Virus record (IMG/VR): IMGVR_UViG_3300037069_000805
Span: 32,001 to 96,000 of that record
DNA: 64,000 nucleotides
Direction: 5' to 3' (one strand)
Source: a virus
The notes under the pieces are model-generated. The model was not told the origin of the DNA. It was given only the letters and a program-made list of their open reading frames with translations, and made no database searches. Positions 19,955 to 29,666 of this stretch are shown in pieces. Both the position numbers and the translations under genes were made by a program. The stretch's first letter is position 1, and the number at the start of each line of letters is the position of its first letter.

Positions 19955-22900
19955 TTAATTTCCTTTACAAATTTTCTTAATTTCTTCTGGTTTGTAGTTT
20001 AACTCTATAATTTTTTCAAAATCTACATAAGTTAAATCATTATCAGATTTATTATTTTCATCTTTATATATATCCATTCCTTTTAAGAATGTTTCATCTT
20101 CAAGAAATAAATCTATTTGTGGTTCAGATAATTTAGTATTATCTTTTTTAACATCTTCAGTTAATTTTTGTGCCTCTTTATTTTCCACTGTACCAGGTAT
20201 TTCACTTTGTGATTGCAAAGATAGTGATTTTTTTTCAGAATTCCTAGTATTTTCTACTTTATTTTCATTACCAGTAGCAACATTAAAGAAATCAGTAGCT
20301 AAATTCATTTCTTCTTCTGGACTTAAATTAGCATCTTTACCTACATATTTATCTAAGTAATCATTTTGTGCTTTAGTAAATTTAGTTGTACTAGGATTTT
20401 TTATAATAGGTTTAGTTTCTAAGTAAATGTTAGTATAACCTCCAAATGTTGGTTTTAAATTACCATTTTCATCAGTTCCTACGACAGCATTTGTATTTAA
20501 TACATTATTTTGAATAAGATAGTTTAAATAATCTATATTATGTGTATTTAAAGCTTTAGTTCCAATATTTTTAGGATTACCAAAGTTTATACCTCTTCTT
20601 TTTTGAGTAGTTAAAAACTCTATTAAATCACCCTCAACAGCTTCTAATTCATCTAAACTATTAACACTTACATTTCTAAATTTAAATGCCCCTGTTTTAT
20701 AATCAAATCTAAATTGTGATTTTTCATTTTCAGAACCATCGTAAATTAATAAATCAATTATATCTTTTAATGAAATTTCATTTTCATTTTTAACAGATTT
20801 AATCAAATCATATTCTATTGGTATAGTTAATTTAATTTTATTTACTAAATCAGGTGCGTCTTTTTCAATATCTTTTAATAAAGTAGCTTTATTTAAGGTT
20901 GTAGGTCTATTATTATTTTTAAATCTATATCTAGTAATATCAAATAATAAATCAGCCTGATTAAAATCTAATTTTAAAGTATTTAATTTTAAATGAAACA
21001 ACTCACCATTAGTCATTGGTATTTTTAAATAAAATTCTCCAGAAGATAAAGTTTCTCCATTAACATTATATTTAGTTTCAATATCTCCTTTAGGATTAAT
21101 TAAAGTACCAAAATCTTGCACATTAAATAAATTCTCTCTAATATATTGATAACCTTTTTTAGTTAAATTACCATTTTCATCTACTAATTTTAATGTTTGA
21201 AATGCTTGTAATTGAGAAATAGTATTCTCTTTTACATTTCCATTTTCATCTGTATCTGTAATTAGCGTACCAGGCATTTGTCCTGCAATTTTAATAGACA
21301 TATTATTTAAAGAATTACCATCTAATATAGAATTAACTATCAGTAATCTACTATCTCTATCTTTGCTATTAAATATTTCAGCACTAACTTTAGTAGAAGG
21401 TAGTGTTTCCATTGGCGCAACTACATTAGAGTCCTTTATACCTACATTTAAAGGAAGATAATTAGTTAAGAACTCTCTAAGTTCATCTATAGATTTAATG
21501 TTGTTCTTAGGACTGTTAATTATGTATTGTATTGTTTCTTTAATACTATTACTTTGTAAATATGTAGCAATTTCTGAAGCAAGTTTTAAATTAGCATTAT
21601 CTCCAGGATTAGTGTTTATACTAAAATTTAATACTCTTCCTGTTTTATCTTCAGGAGTATTTTCATAATCAATCCAATCTTGATTTATAAATTCAAATTT
21701 TACTCCAGTCTTTTGATTTTTACTTATTAGTTTTAATTTATTTTGTTGTAAAGTTTTATACTTAGTATCACCTGCTATTTTTTTACTTTCATTAATATTA
21801 TCTTCTAAATTTACATCATCTACTTGTTCAAATGAATTATCTGGATTATCAGTTAAAGTTCCACTAGGAGTTGTTGAAGTATTACCTTCATTTTCAACTT
21901 CATCTTTTTGGTTTGATATAGTAGCATCTTCTTCTTGTTTTAAAGACTCTTTAGAATCTTCTATTGCTTTGCTAATAATTGGATTATCTTTTTGTTCTTT
22001 AGATAATTTATCTGTAAAATCTTGTAAATCTTTACTAGTAGGTTGTTTTCTTATGTTATCTATAACTTCTTGATGTTTTTCTGTATTTTCGTCAGAAGTT
22101 TCTTTTTCTAGATTTTCTCTTTGGTTTATTAAACTATCAAAATAATTCTGATTAGCCTTTTTATCCCAAATAACATCATTAACTAATTCAGATATTTCTT
22201 TTAGATTATTTTTAGATTTTTCTATCTGCTTATCTAAATGTTCTATTACATTACCTTTATTTTCTTTTTTGTATTTATAGATTTCTTCAGTAACACCTTC
22301 TTTGTAATCAGGATTTAATTCTAATTCTTTTTTAGGCAAATAATCTAAATTCTTTTCAAATTCAATTTTTTGTTTCTCTAATTTATCTAATTTTTTACGC
22401 TCATGATATTCATCTGACTTTTCACCTATATAAGTGTTTAATAAATTCATATAGTATGATTTATAGTCATTATCATTAGCTTTTACATTTTTAGGTTGTA
22501 TTTTTAATGCTTTTTGAAAGTCATTAAAAGCTTGAACATGTTTTTGTAAATATTTAGCTTTATCTATAACTCTTTCAATAGATTCTCTATTTTCTTTATT
22601 TTTATTTTTACGTTCTTTTTCTTCTAATGTATTATCAGACTCTTGTGTATCTTCTGAGAACAATTGTTTTAAATGTTCATGTAAAGCGTCAATACCCATC
22701 TCGTCCTCACCTATAAAATTATTAATTAATTGAGTTTCTGCAGAATGTTTTAAATCTTCAATAAGTTGTTCATTACCATTTTTAACAGCTAAGTCGAATA
22801 ATTCAGACTTACCTTCCATTATATTTAAAGCATCATGTACTTTTTTAACATTTTCTGGAATTATAATTTTATTACCTTTTTTATCCTTATCAAATACTCT

Positions 22901-24592
22901 TTCTTCTTTACCAGTTTCTTTATTTAGTTCTACATGGCTTTTATAAATATCTGTATTTAATATTGTATTATAATCAGATGAATGAAGATTTATTTTGTCT
23001 ATTAATTTATTTGTTTTTTCTCTATCTTGTGCATCATGTTTCATTCCTCCATATACACCAAAAGCACCACCTTGTACAGCTCCTAATAATACTGAAACCT
23101 GCCCTTCAGTTGTTCCTAATGTTTTTATATAATCAGATCCTAATGATATTAAATCTAAATTTAATTCGCCATCATCTGTAATTAAATTATTAGAATCTTT
23201 TTTACCATATAATCCTCTTTTTACAATTCTATTTTCTAAAGTAGTTTGAATACCTTCTTCCCATAAACCTTCAGATGCAGCATTTTTAACAAAATGTCCT
23301 AATACATCTTTAACTACATTTTTACCACTTCTTTGCGCTACATTCTCTAATTTAGGTATTTCTTTTTCAGTAGTTGATGTTATAGCTTTACCTAATTTCT
23401 GTAGTGGTTTATATTCTGAATTTGCAATTTTACCACCAACTTGATCAACTAAGTTAGTTAAAGTTTTATTTTCAGCTGTTTTAACTAAAGACTTAGCTCC
23501 TTTACCATATAATAGTCTTGTCTGAATATAATCTGGACCAGCCAATACAGCTACATTATCCCAAAATGATGTAGACATTGCATTAGCAACTCTTTCTTTA
23601 AATTCATTTTCAGCTACATCATCTGATACTGTTGCTGATTTTTGATTATATTCTTCGTCAGTTATTTGATGAGTTCTTCTTTTTATATCTAAATCAGCTA
23701 ATTCATTTAGAACTTTTTGTTGATAATCTGGTTGTGCTTTTCTATTTTTAATCCATTTAGGTTTTTCTTTCATCATATCATCAGAAACACCTTTTGATTC
23801 TGCTCCAGCTTCAAAAAATACATTTGCAGCAGTTATACCTATCTCATTAACTTTTTCAGCAGTAAAACCTAATTTTGTTAATTTTGAAATTGTATCTCCA
23901 GTATCTTTAGCGTAACCAACTCTATTTAACGCTTTAGCTGATAAACCTAATAATTCTTCACTTATTCCCATAGCTTTAAATGCAGCTCCAGGAGCCATAG
24001 CTGATAACATATAACCTAAACCATCTGCACCATCAGTAGCAAAAAATGAAGTAGATTTCATTTTATCAATAACATTACCATCCTGGACTGCTCTTGATAT
24101 ATATACTGGTAATAAATCACTATTAATTTTTGCATTTAGATTATCCAATGCTTTTACACCAACATTATTAAATGTTGTATCTAAAAAATTATGTTCATCC
24201 TTACCTGTTGTAAGATCACCAATATTTTCAACAGTTCCAGCTATAGCACCACCTAAGTAAGCTACTGTTTTAGCCATTTCTATACCTGCTTTATCAGCAG
24301 TTCTAATAAGACCTAAACCAGCTTGTGCTAAACCAGATTGTTCATTAGCTCTATGTTCATTAATAGAACCTTGAACATCATCTTTTCTAATATCAGTTGC
24401 CCAGTTTAAACCTTCGTCATATTTAGAATCACCGTATCCAGTATTTACACCAAGTAATGAAGTGTTTATTTTACTATAAACTTGCTTCATTTTATTTGGA
24501 GTATCTTGTTTTAGTCCTAATTGATCAGCTAAACCCTTTTTTGGAGGATCTGTAAACTCATTATCATAAGGATTGTTTTGTAATAAACTCAT
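19955..24592 (-). CDS. large virion cargo/ejection protein
   Basis: 1545 aa directly upstream of the vRNAP; Gly/Ala-rich hydrophobic segments and coiled coils. Confidence 0.75.
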   Translation of the reverse strand: MSLLQNNPYDNEFTDPPKKGLADQLGLKQDTPNKMKQVYSKINTSLLGVNTGYGDSKYDEGLNWATDIRKDDVQGSINEHRANEQSGLAQAGLGLIRTADKAGIEMAKTVAYLGGAIAGTVENIGDLTTGKDEHNFLDTTFNNVGVKALDNLNAKINSDLLPVYISRAVQDGNVIDKMKSTSFFATDGADGLGYMLSAMAPGAAFKAMGISEELLGLSAKALNRVGYAKDTGDTISKLTKLGFTAEKVNEIGITAANVFFEAGAESKGVSDDMMKEKPKWIKNRKAQPDYQQKVLNELADLDIKRRTHQITDEEYNQKSATVSDDVAENEFKERVANAMSTSFWDNVAVLAGPDYIQTRLLYGKGAKSLVKTAENKTLTNLVDQVGGKIANSEYKPLQKLGKAITSTTEKEIPKLENVAQRSGKNVVKDVLGHFVKNAASEGLWEEGIQTTLENRIVKRGLYGKKDSNNLITDDGELNLDLISLGSDYIKTLGTTEGQVSVLLGAVQGGAFGVYGGMKHDAQDREKTNKLIDKINLHSSDYNTILNTDIYKSHVELNKETGKEERVFDKDKKGNKIIIPENVKKVHDALNIMEGKSELFDLAVKNGNEQLIEDLKHSAETQLINNFIGEDEMGIDALHEHLKQLFSEDTQESDNTLEEKERKNKNKENRESIERVIDKAKYLQKHVQAFNDFQKALKIQPKNVKANDNDYKSYYMNLLNTYIGEKSDEYHERKKLDKLEKQKIEFEKNLDYLPKKELELNPDYKEGVTEEIYKYKKENKGNVIEHLDKQIEKSKNNLKEISELVNDVIWDKKANQNYFDSLINQRENLEKETSDENTEKHQEVIDNIRKQPTSKDLQDFTDKLSKEQKDNPIISKAIEDSKESLKQEEDATISNQKDEVENEGNTSTTPSGTLTDNPDNSFEQVDDVNLEDNINESKKIAGDTKYKTLQQNKLKLISKNQKTGVKFEFINQDWIDYENTPEDKTGRVLNFSINTNPGDNANLKLASEIATYLQSNSIKETIQYIINSPKNNIKSIDELREFLTNYLPLNVGIKDSNVVAPMETLPSTKVSAEIFNSKDRDSRLLIVNSILDGNSLNNMSIKIAGQMPGTLITDTDENGNVKENTISQLQAFQTLKLVDENGNLTKKGYQYIRENLFNVQDFGTLINPKGDIETKYNVNGETLSSGEFYLKIPMTNGELFHLKLNTLKLDFNQADLLFDITRYRFKNNNRPTTLNKATLLKDIEKDAPDLVNKIKLTIPIEYDLIKSVKNENEISLKDIIDLLIYDGSENEKSQFRFDYKTGAFKFRNVSVNSLDELEAVEGDLIEFLTTQKRRGINFGNPKNIGTKALNTHNIDYLNYLIQNNVLNTNAVVGTDENGNLKPTFGGYTNIYLETKPIIKNPSTTKFTKAQNDYLDKYVGKDANLSPEEEMNLATDFFNVATGNENKVENTRNSEKKSLSLQSQSEIPGTVENKEAQKLTEDVKKDNTKLSEPQIDLFLEDETFLKGMDIYKDENNKSDNDLTYVDFEKIIELNYKPEEIKKICKGN

Positions 24593-24601
24593 ATTTTATA
24601 T

Positions 24602-26413
24602 TTATTTACCTGTCATTAAATCTTCCATTTCAGTAGAAAATTCAGCAGGTGATAATTTTTCAGCTTTAGCGTTTCCTTTTCTCATATCTATAGTACCATC
24701 TTCATTATATCTAATTTGAGTACCTTTTAAGTTTTCATTTCCAGAATATCTACCTGTAGCCGTAACCCAATCACCAAATTTCTGAACTGCATTTTTATAA
24801 ACTTGATTTATTTCATACGCTCTTTTGAATTCTGGTTTTGCAATTTCATTTAATGTTCTTCCAATTGCAACTTTATGAACTGGATTACCATCTTTGTCAA
24901 CTACTAATGCTCTATGAGCCATTACACTTTGTTCTTTATTATTTTCAAATTTATAATTGTTATAATTAACAGGTGAATCATATCCAATATATTGAACTTT
25001 TTCACCATCTCCTAGTGTAATTTTTTCACCAGTTTTTATATCAATCATTGGTCTAAGACCAGCTTTAGTATCTAAAGTAAGTTGTTGATCTCTATCTGCT
25101 GGAGCTTTACCTGATAATTCTCCCATAAATAATTGATCTTCTCCTGTTGTATCAGGTCTTAATATATCATTACCTATAGTTAATTTATCCATATATTTTT
25201 TCATATATTCACTAGCAGCAGCTGCAGTTTTTGGATCATTTAAATCAGCATTAGATGGTAATTTATGAGAACTTTTTAATTTATTAACTGCTACTTCATA
25301 AGCTCTTTGAGATAATTTATCATCAAATATATCTTTATAAGTATACTTATTAGGATTTTCACCTGGTTTATATGGAGTATTTCTACCTTGTAATCCAGTA
25401 TGAGAATTAGCTAATGCATAAGAAAATCCAACTTTACTTTTACCTATTTGACTAACATCAACATCATTTATTCTTCCTGTTAAAGTATGAGTACTATCTG
25501 GATCAAATATACCAGATGGTTCTGCTTTATCTTCTTTTTTCTTAGCATTTGGATCACCTATAAATTGTGCATTTTCTCCTCTGTTATCAACTACTCCAGT
25601 TTTTAACATTGAATTAACTCCATTTACTAATTGAGATTGAACATTTGCATCATTAGCACCTTCAAATTTTCTTGAATCACTCCATTCTTTTTCACCAAAT
25701 TGATTTTGTAACAGTCCTAATGCACTTTGTAAATTAGGTTTATTAGATGTTTCTATTCTTCTTCCAGAACGATCAACCATTATCATTCCACCAAATGGTC
25801 CTTGTGCAAAACTGTATCCATTAGCTCTCATTTCACCAGTAACTTGTTCTCCTAATAAATCATGAACACTTTTAAGTTTATCTAAAGTTTCAATTTTCTT
25901 AGGTGCTCCAAGTAAACCAATGTTTGATATATTATTTTGACTATCAAAGCCAGTATATTTATCTTTTGAACTAAAATCATTCCATGCATTTAATGCACGT
26001 TCCATTGACCAACCTTTTGTTTTAGTAGCATCTTCTAGAAAATCTTTACGATTTTCCATATATACTTTCTTAGCATTATTTATTTGTCCAATCCTTCCAG
26101 TTGGTGCAACTAAATTTTGATATTCTCTATTTAAAGCTATAGTTTTACCAACCATATCATTATTAAAACCATTTGTTGCTAAATCAGATGCTTGTTGATC
26201 TATTTTTGATTCAATATTATTTTTTAATTTAGCTGCTTCTTCCAAATGTACATCTAATGGATCTACTTTTGCAAGTCCACCAATAATTTCTTGTTGTTGT
26301 GCTAGTAATGCATCATGCTTTTGTCTTTTTAACATAGGAACAAAAGCTAATTCTTGCATGGTCTGAGGAGTATATGCTGAAGGTGAAATCTCTGTGTAAC
26401 GGTTAGTTGCCAT
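24602..26413 (-). CDS. putative virion cargo protein
   Basis: 603 aa, no Cys seen, located in the cargo cluster. Confidence 0.6.
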   Translation of the reverse strand: MATNRYTEISPSAYTPQTMQELAFVPMLKRQKHDALLAQQQEIIGGLAKVDPLDVHLEEAAKLKNNIESKIDQQASDLATNGFNNDMVGKTIALNREYQNLVAPTGRIGQINNAKKVYMENRKDFLEDATKTKGWSMERALNAWNDFSSKDKYTGFDSQNNISNIGLLGAPKKIETLDKLKSVHDLLGEQVTGEMRANGYSFAQGPFGGMIMVDRSGRRIETSNKPNLQSALGLLQNQFGEKEWSDSRKFEGANDANVQSQLVNGVNSMLKTGVVDNRGENAQFIGDPNAKKKEDKAEPSGIFDPDSTHTLTGRINDVDVSQIGKSKVGFSYALANSHTGLQGRNTPYKPGENPNKYTYKDIFDDKLSQRAYEVAVNKLKSSHKLPSNADLNDPKTAAAASEYMKKYMDKLTIGNDILRPDTTGEDQLFMGELSGKAPADRDQQLTLDTKAGLRPMIDIKTGEKITLGDGEKVQYIGYDSPVNYNNYKFENNKEQSVMAHRALVVDKDGNPVHKVAIGRTLNEIAKPEFKRAYEINQVYKNAVQKFGDWVTATGRYSGNENLKGTQIRYNEDGTIDMRKGNAKAEKLSPAEFSTEMEDLMTGK

Positions 26414-26966
26414 ATTCTATTTGTTTAAATATTGTTTTATTATTACGAGTACCATTTATGTTTTGTGATAATGTAACATAATTAATATTATTAATTCTTG
26501 CACATTCGGCAGCAGATGAGTAAATTTCTCCTGTTTCTGTGTTTATAATTTCTTTAGCCATTCCACTATTCTTTTTTAAATTTTCTTTATGAGAATTAGA
26601 ATGTTTTAATCCTTTATTCCAAGCTAATTGACCTTTATGACTAATTGATAATTTAAGACGTTGTTCTTTTGTAGCAATCCTACCAAAAGCTCCTTCTCCA
26701 CCTAATGAAATATTACAAAGAGTTCCTGTTTTATTACATTTTCTTCCGTAGTAATCTATTAAAATTATTTCTAATTCTTTAGCTTCTTCGATTGTAATAT
26801 TTTTTTTTAAAATATCAATTTCATAATTAGGATATTTTTTAATTGTTTTAGACCATATATTATTACGATGTCTTCTTTCAAAAGGTCTTTTTATATTTCC
26901 AATACCAATATAGAATACCTCACCGTTTGGTTTAATATGTCTATATATACAATAATTATTGTTCAT
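26403..26966 (-). CDS. GIY-YIG homing endonuclease with NUMOD3-type repeats
   Basis: CIYRH..VFYIGIG, LCNISLGGEG, KLSISHKG..AWNKG, C-terminal HTH-like segment. Confidence 0.85.
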   Translation of the reverse strand: MNNNYCIYRHIKPNGEVFYIGIGNIKRPFERRHRNNIWSKTIKKYPNYEIDILKKNITIEEAKELEIILIDYYGRKCNKTGTLCNISLGGEGAFGRIATKEQRLKLSISHKGQLAWNKGLKHSNSHKENLKKNSGMAKEIINTETGEIYSSAAECARINNINYVTLSQNINGTRNNKTIFKQIEYGN

Positions 26967-26968
26967 TA

Positions 26969-28666
26969 TTAATATCCTTTATTATTTTTACGTAAATAAC
27001 CTCCATACATATTACTTGTAATAGAAGTTCCTACAAATTTATTTGGATCACCAAAAGATGGTGTACTATTTTTTTCAGCTAGTACTTGTTCATATGTTTT
27101 TTTAACACCAGTTTTCTTATTTACCATATACTTTCCATCCCACGAATATCCTAAGGCTTCAGCAATTTGATTTTTTTCAACTTCTTCTTTACCAATAGCT
27201 CCTAAATCAGTACCTATACTACCAAGTAATTTAGATTTTTGAGTATCATAATTAGCTGTATTTCTATCATTAATATCTAATTCAGCATTAGATTGACTCA
27301 TATTAGCTTGATTAACTCCTAAATCAAATTGTTGTTTATATTGTTTTTGTGCATTATTTAATTCGTTTGCTTTTAGATATGCATCTGACATACCTTTAGT
27401 ATAATTAAGATTAGCTCCTAATATATTACTTCTTAAAGCTCCTTCTGAACCATTAGTAGCATTTGTAAGTGCATTAATAGTATTATCATTTTCATTAGAT
27501 ACTGTATTTTGTAAATTTCTTTCATCAACATATGAAGGATTATATGTATTAGATAATCTATCTAATCTTTCAGCTTTTGGTTTTTTTAATTGAGATAACT
27601 GAAATGCATTCATAGCTACTGGAGCATATTTTAAAAACTTACCACCATTTTTATCTAAATAATCACCAATACCTGAATTAGAATTAACTGGTAAAGTAGA
27701 TTTAACTAGTGAATTAGATGGTTGTAATAGTGATGTTGTAGGTTGTAAATTATTACTAACTAAACCTTGCTTTAAACCTGTTGTATCTATTGAAGATACT
27801 GGATTTCTTGCCGATGTAAAAGCATATTGTCCATTTGGAAAACCTAAATTACTAGAATCATATATTCCTTTAGGAAAAGTATCTTCTTCTAATGGACCTC
27901 CATATGCAAAATCATTACTAAATTGATTACTAGCTTTAAAAGCTTGTCTATTTGCTTCACGTTTAGCTTCTTTTTTAGCACTAATTCCAGTTATAAATCC
28001 ACTTGCTAATTTACCTACTTGACTACCAATCATTCCACCAATAGGACCACCAATAGCAGTTCCTGCCAATGTTGTACCTGTTTCAATTCCAGCACTTAAT
28101 GCACCATCATTATCTCCAGCTATAAGTGAATTTATTCCAGCCATAGCAGGTTGTATTGCAGCAGTATATCCACTACCTTCAGCACCTTCTGCATTATCTA
28201 AATCACCACCTAAAAACATTTGTTTTTGTTGTGGTTGTACAAATTGTTCCATACCTTCTGGTATATCTCCACTATCTTGATTAGAAACTTGTTGAGAATT
28301 AGCTTGCATAGATTGATTAATTTGTTCTGCTTCAGCTTGTCTTTTAGCTTTTTCAGCTTCTTGAGCTTGTGTTAATCTACCTAATAGAGTCTTTCTAGTT
28401 TCCATTGAAGGTTTATCATTCCTATCTTTAAATTTCTTATCTATTATTTTTGAAGCATCTGCATAAGTTTTACCTTTAACATAAGATGGTAAGTTCATAT
28501 CTTTAGCAGTATTTTCATCAATAGATAATCTATTTGAATAAATATAATTACCAATCTTGGATTCACCTTGTTCTACTGTATTATTTTTACCCTGTGGTAT
28601 TCCGCCTCTTGGGTTTTCACTATGTGTTTCACCTACATTAAATTCCGTTAGTTTATTATTCTCCAT
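26969..28666 (-). CDS. putative virion cargo/internal protein
   Basis: GETHSENPRGG...VEQGE N-terminus, glycine-zipper segment AGTAIGGPIGGMIG, Gln/Asn-rich coils; likely start MENNKL at 28666. Confidence 0.65.
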   Translation of the reverse strand: MENNKLTEFNVGETHSENPRGGIPQGKNNTVEQGESKIGNYIYSNRLSIDENTAKDMNLPSYVKGKTYADASKIIDKKFKDRNDKPSMETRKTLLGRLTQAQEAEKAKRQAEAEQINQSMQANSQQVSNQDSGDIPEGMEQFVQPQQKQMFLGGDLDNAEGAEGSGYTAAIQPAMAGINSLIAGDNDGALSAGIETGTTLAGTAIGGPIGGMIGSQVGKLASGFITGISAKKEAKREANRQAFKASNQFSNDFAYGGPLEEDTFPKGIYDSSNLGFPNGQYAFTSARNPVSSIDTTGLKQGLVSNNLQPTTSLLQPSNSLVKSTLPVNSNSGIGDYLDKNGGKFLKYAPVAMNAFQLSQLKKPKAERLDRLSNTYNPSYVDERNLQNTVSNENDNTINALTNATNGSEGALRSNILGANLNYTKGMSDAYLKANELNNAQKQYKQQFDLGVNQANMSQSNAELDINDRNTANYDTQKSKLLGSIGTDLGAIGKEEVEKNQIAEALGYSWDGKYMVNKKTGVKKTYEQVLAEKNSTPSFGDPNKFVGTSITSNMYGGYLRKNNKGY

Positions 28667-29186
28667 AATATTTATAAGTTGTTTTATTATTCCTACTACC
28701 ATTCAACCAACGTGACATGTATTTAGGATTTAAGTTATTTTCTTCACAACATTCTGTTAGTGAATTATATATTTTATTTGTTAAGGTACAAATTACTTTT
28801 TTAGAATTATGATGTTTTTCTCCTTTAATTCCATACATAGGATTATTTTTACCAGTATTTCTAATTTTAGAATTAAGCAAGTACTCTTTAGTATATATTC
28901 TTGGTAAAATATTAGTTTCTACTAAAACACAATTTAATCCATTTTCAGATAATACATCATAATAATCTTGCCAATATCTTTCTCTAATATTTAGTTCTTC
29001 AAATTTACATTCTTCAATAAATTCTATGATATGATTTTCAAAACTATATTTATCAAAACTATTAAATAATCTAACTTGTTTATTATGACATTTATATTTA
29101 TAATAAGATATTCTTTTCTTGTAATTTCTTGTCTGCCCAATATATATTCTACCTTTTGGATTTGTTATTTTATATATTCCAATCAT
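28656..29186 (-). CDS. GIY-YIG homing endonuclease
   Basis: GIYKITNP..IYIGQT, ERYWQ, NGLNC, GKNNPMYG. Confidence 0.9.
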   Translation of the reverse strand: MIGIYKITNPKGRIYIGQTRNYKKRISYYKYKCHNKQVRLFNSFDKYSFENHIIEFIEECKFEELNIRERYWQDYYDVLSENGLNCVLVETNILPRIYTKEYLLNSKIRNTGKNNPMYGIKGEKHHNSKKVICTLTNKIYNSLTECCEENNLNPKYMSRWLNGSRNNKTTYKYYGE

Positions 29187-29198
29187 ATTTAATATTAT

Positions 29199-29226
29199 AA
29201 AAAAAAGGAGAGCGTTAACTCTCCTT
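29199..29226 (-). terminator. intrinsic terminator of the 98-aa moron gene
   Basis: Minus strand AAGGAGAG-TTAACG-CTCTCCTT followed by a T-run. Confidence 0.85.
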
Positions 29227-29234
29227 GATTGGTT

Positions 29235-29531
29235 TTACTTAAATGTTAAATTCTTAAACGTCTTTCCACTGTCGGTAACAATGTAGTAATAATTAGATTT
29301 TGTTAAACAAATCAATTTTTTACCTCCTTCTGTAGCGACAATACAATGAATATTTGGATTAATGTTTTCCAAAGTAAACATCTTATCGTCAGGCTTGTTG
29401 TAAAAGGCATTGTAAGCCGTTTCAAATTTTGAAGGTGAATTTTCTCTTTCAATAATTGAAAAAGATTCTCCTAATCCCTGATTATAGACCACGTTATCTT
29501 GGTCTATGCTAATCTCTGTTAATGTGTACAT
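29235..29531 (-). CDS. hypothetical protein (moron with own promoter and terminator)
   Basis: 98 aa, C-terminal YYIVTDSGKTFKNL; visibly more C/G-ending codons than its neighbours. Confidence 0.75.
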   Translation of the reverse strand: MYTLTEISIDQDNVVYNQGLGESFSIIERENSPSKFETAYNAFYNKPDDKMFTLENINPNIHCIVATEGGKKLICLTKSNYYYIVTDSGKTFKNLTFK

Positions 29532-29551
29532 AATTTGTGTGTATTTATATA

Positions 29552-29586
29552 TTGCCTACTCTTTAGCTTTTCGGCTTCCGCTATGA
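29552..29586 (-). ncRNA. candidate structured leader RNA (pseudoknot with E-loop-like motif)
   Basis: GC-rich island UCAUAGCGGAAGCCGAAAAGCUAAAGAGUAGGCAA in an AU-rich 5'UTR; UAGC/GCUA and GCC/GGC pairings are interleaved. Confidence 0.45.
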
Positions 29587-29603
29587 TTTTAAATATGTCA
29601 ATA

Positions 29604-29635
29604 CAAATATAAGGAATTTTTATTAGAATTCCAAA
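29604..29635 (-). promoter_or_regulatory. Bacteroidota housekeeping-type promoter
   Basis: TTTG-N20-TATATTTG matches the -33 TTTG / -7 TAnnTTTG consensus. Confidence 0.8.
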
Positions 29636-29666
29636 TTTTTAAATACATATTTTATAATATTTTTTA

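Noticed and set aside
19940-19970. Read-through or frameshift fusion of the 1545-aa protein with the RNAP
   Set aside because: A TAA stop, 1-nt gap and separate ATG with no slippery sequence; ordinary translational coupling explains it
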